A DNA stretch of 17,097 bases from positions 864-17,960 of the forward strand of contig CAYZRS010000059.1 in assembly GCA_964480915.1 (NCBI GenBank). The letters run 5' to 3'. Below the pieces are notes generated by a model that did no database searches, was not told the origin of the DNA, and saw only the letters and a program-made list of their open reading frames with translations. Source of the DNA: an uncultured Pirellulaceae bacterium. Its GTDB lineage: Bacteria > Planctomycetota > Planctomycetia > Pirellulales > Pirellulaceae. Below, piece after piece: positions 16,128 to 17,097 of this stretch (positions within the stretch are counted from its first letter, which is position 1; each line of letters begins with the position of its first letter). Made by a program: the position numbers and the translations under genes.

Positions 16128-16860
16128 TCGTTCCGGAAACGGGGCCTTGGGCTACTCGCGTTGCTTTGCCGGTGACAATATCGAAACTGTAAACGCCACC
16201 AGTCTGGTTCGCCCCACCGAACACATTTCCGTCGGCATCGGCGTACATCGCACCGAACGTCAGTTTTTGCAAACCGTTTTCACCAATGGTGGTTACTTTG
16301 CCGTCCATGGTGATCGAGATCAGCTTGTTCTCTTGACCTCGCTGACTCGCATAAAACGTGTCGTCCACCGGGTTGTATGCGATGTCGTAGATGTTGTAGA
16401 GATCGACCGAAGTTTCAATCTTGTTCGCCACCGATTGGCTGTCAATGTCGATCCCATAGAGAACGCCTCGGTTGTTGCCTGGCCTGACGTACAGCAATCC
16501 GTCTCCGCCAAAATCTCCAACGAAGTAGGTCCCTTCGTTCGTCGGCAGTCCGTCAACACGTCCCAGGTTTTCGACTTGGCCGTTGCTGCCAATTCTTCCC
16601 AACTCATGAGACTTCGTGAGGATGCCATAGGCGTAGTTGTCGGCCGATCGAAATCCTACGGCGTTTACCTTTTCACCCGCCTGATGCTCGCCCACGGTGA
16701 ACGACTTGGTCTCGAAGTCGACTTGGCCGGTGCGGCCGAGGTTTGAGTAAATCTGGTAAAGGCCAGCATCGCTTTCGAATACGGGAAGTCCCGTTCCGTC
16801 CATTACGATGCGGTCTTCAAGTTTCTCTACGTTGTTTTCAAATTTAAATTTGCGAGTCAT
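15982..16860 (-). CDS. N-terminal segment (frame A) of a large FG-GAP/VCBS-type surface protein: an uncharacterised beta-rich domain followed by the start of a VCBS/cadherin-like domain; probably continuous with 14175..16127 through a +1 frameshift
   Basis: ATG at 16860 with AAAGG about 11 nt upstream and an AT-richer leader. There is no signal peptide (MTRKFKFENNVEKLEDRIVMDG). The segment ends ...LPPLAVDDVFSTPAIAPVSGNVFDDTGAG and then CRHRRQQ-stop, which is the beginning of a VCBS-like module whose continuation is in the other frame. Confidence 0.6.
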   Translation of the reverse strand: MTRKFKFENNVEKLEDRIVMDGTGLPVFESDAGLYQIYSNLGRTGQVDFETKSFTVGEHQAGEKVNAVGFRSADNYAYGILTKSHELGRIGSNGQVENLGRVDGLPTNEGTYFVGDFGGDGLLYVRPGNNRGVLYGIDIDSQSVANKIETSVDLYNIYDIAYNPVDDTFYASQRGQENKLISITMDGKVTTIGENGLQKLTFGAMYADADGNVFGGANQTGGVYSFDIVTGKATRVAQGPVSGTNDGFSNSSKVLELPPLAVDDVFSTPAIAPVSGNVFDDTGAGCRHRRQQ

Positions 16861-17049
16861 AACTTTAAACGCCTTTCATTTGTCGCTCGAATAGGTTCGT
16901 CGCGATAGGCATGGATGAGAATACTTAAGCAGGAGGTCAATCAAAGAAGCAATTCAGGTCTTCCGTTTAAAAAATAGTCCGACTTCGATCGTGTCAGCGA
17001 CAGTTTATTGTCATTTTGTTCAGAACGAGGAGGTTGCCTTACGGGTCGT

Positions 17050-17075
17050 ATGACGACGATGCAGCGCGTCGTCAT
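17050..17075. other. Perfect 9-bp inverted repeat ATGACGACG-N8-CGTCGTCAT about 190-215 bp upstream of the large surface-protein gene; candidate operator or structured element
   Basis: Read directly. There is no U-tract on either side, so it is probably not an intrinsic terminator. The surrounding region 16861-17040 is markedly more AT-rich than the rest of the window. Confidence 0.3.
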
Positions 17076-17097
17076 GCCCGCAACATGGACGGGGCAG

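Noticed and set aside
14175-16860. Calling the split FG-GAP gene a dead pseudogene
   Set aside because: Only a single +1 shift separates two otherwise intact long frames with no other stops. An assembly indel or reversible slippage is at least as likely. It is reported as a finding instead.
1-17097. CRISPR arrays, tRNA/rRNA genes, IS elements or transposases, toxin-antitoxin or defence-system genes
   Set aside because: I found no spaced direct-repeat arrays, no tRNA-like T-arm/anticodon-arm patterns, no transposase or integrase motifs and no terminal inverted repeats when reading both strands. The only repeats are the short ones reported above.

Overview
This 17.1-kb window (about 57% GC) looks like chromosomal DNA from a Planctomycetota, Pirellulaceae-like genome. 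That placement is an inference from gene content only: a DUF1559 prepilin-like protein ending in an H-X9-DG motif, and an ECF sigma factor translationally coupled to a Hanks-type Ser/Thr kinase. Genes in order: a flotillin (SPFH/band-7) gene (+); a prepilin-leader DUF1559 gene (-); the ECF sigma / Ser/Thr kinase pair (+); an AhpD/carboxymuconolactone-decarboxylase-family gene (-) interrupted by one in-frame TGA, which I read as a selenocysteine codon with a SECIS-like hairpin 11 nt downstream; a three-gene sugar ABC importer operon with no ATPase (-); a small acidic membrane protein (+); a galactokinase-family GHMP kinase (-); a penicillin-acylase-family Ntn-hydrolase with no signal peptide (+); and a large FG-GAP-repeat, VCBS-like surface protein whose C-terminus carries a WGDPH von Willebrand D-like motif (-), split over two frames by a +1 frameshift in a CCGGCGCCGG run. 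I found no tRNA or rRNA genes, CRISPR arrays, transposases or recognisable defence systems. The most notable hidden feature is the probable selenoprotein, which ordinary ORF calling splits into two fragments.
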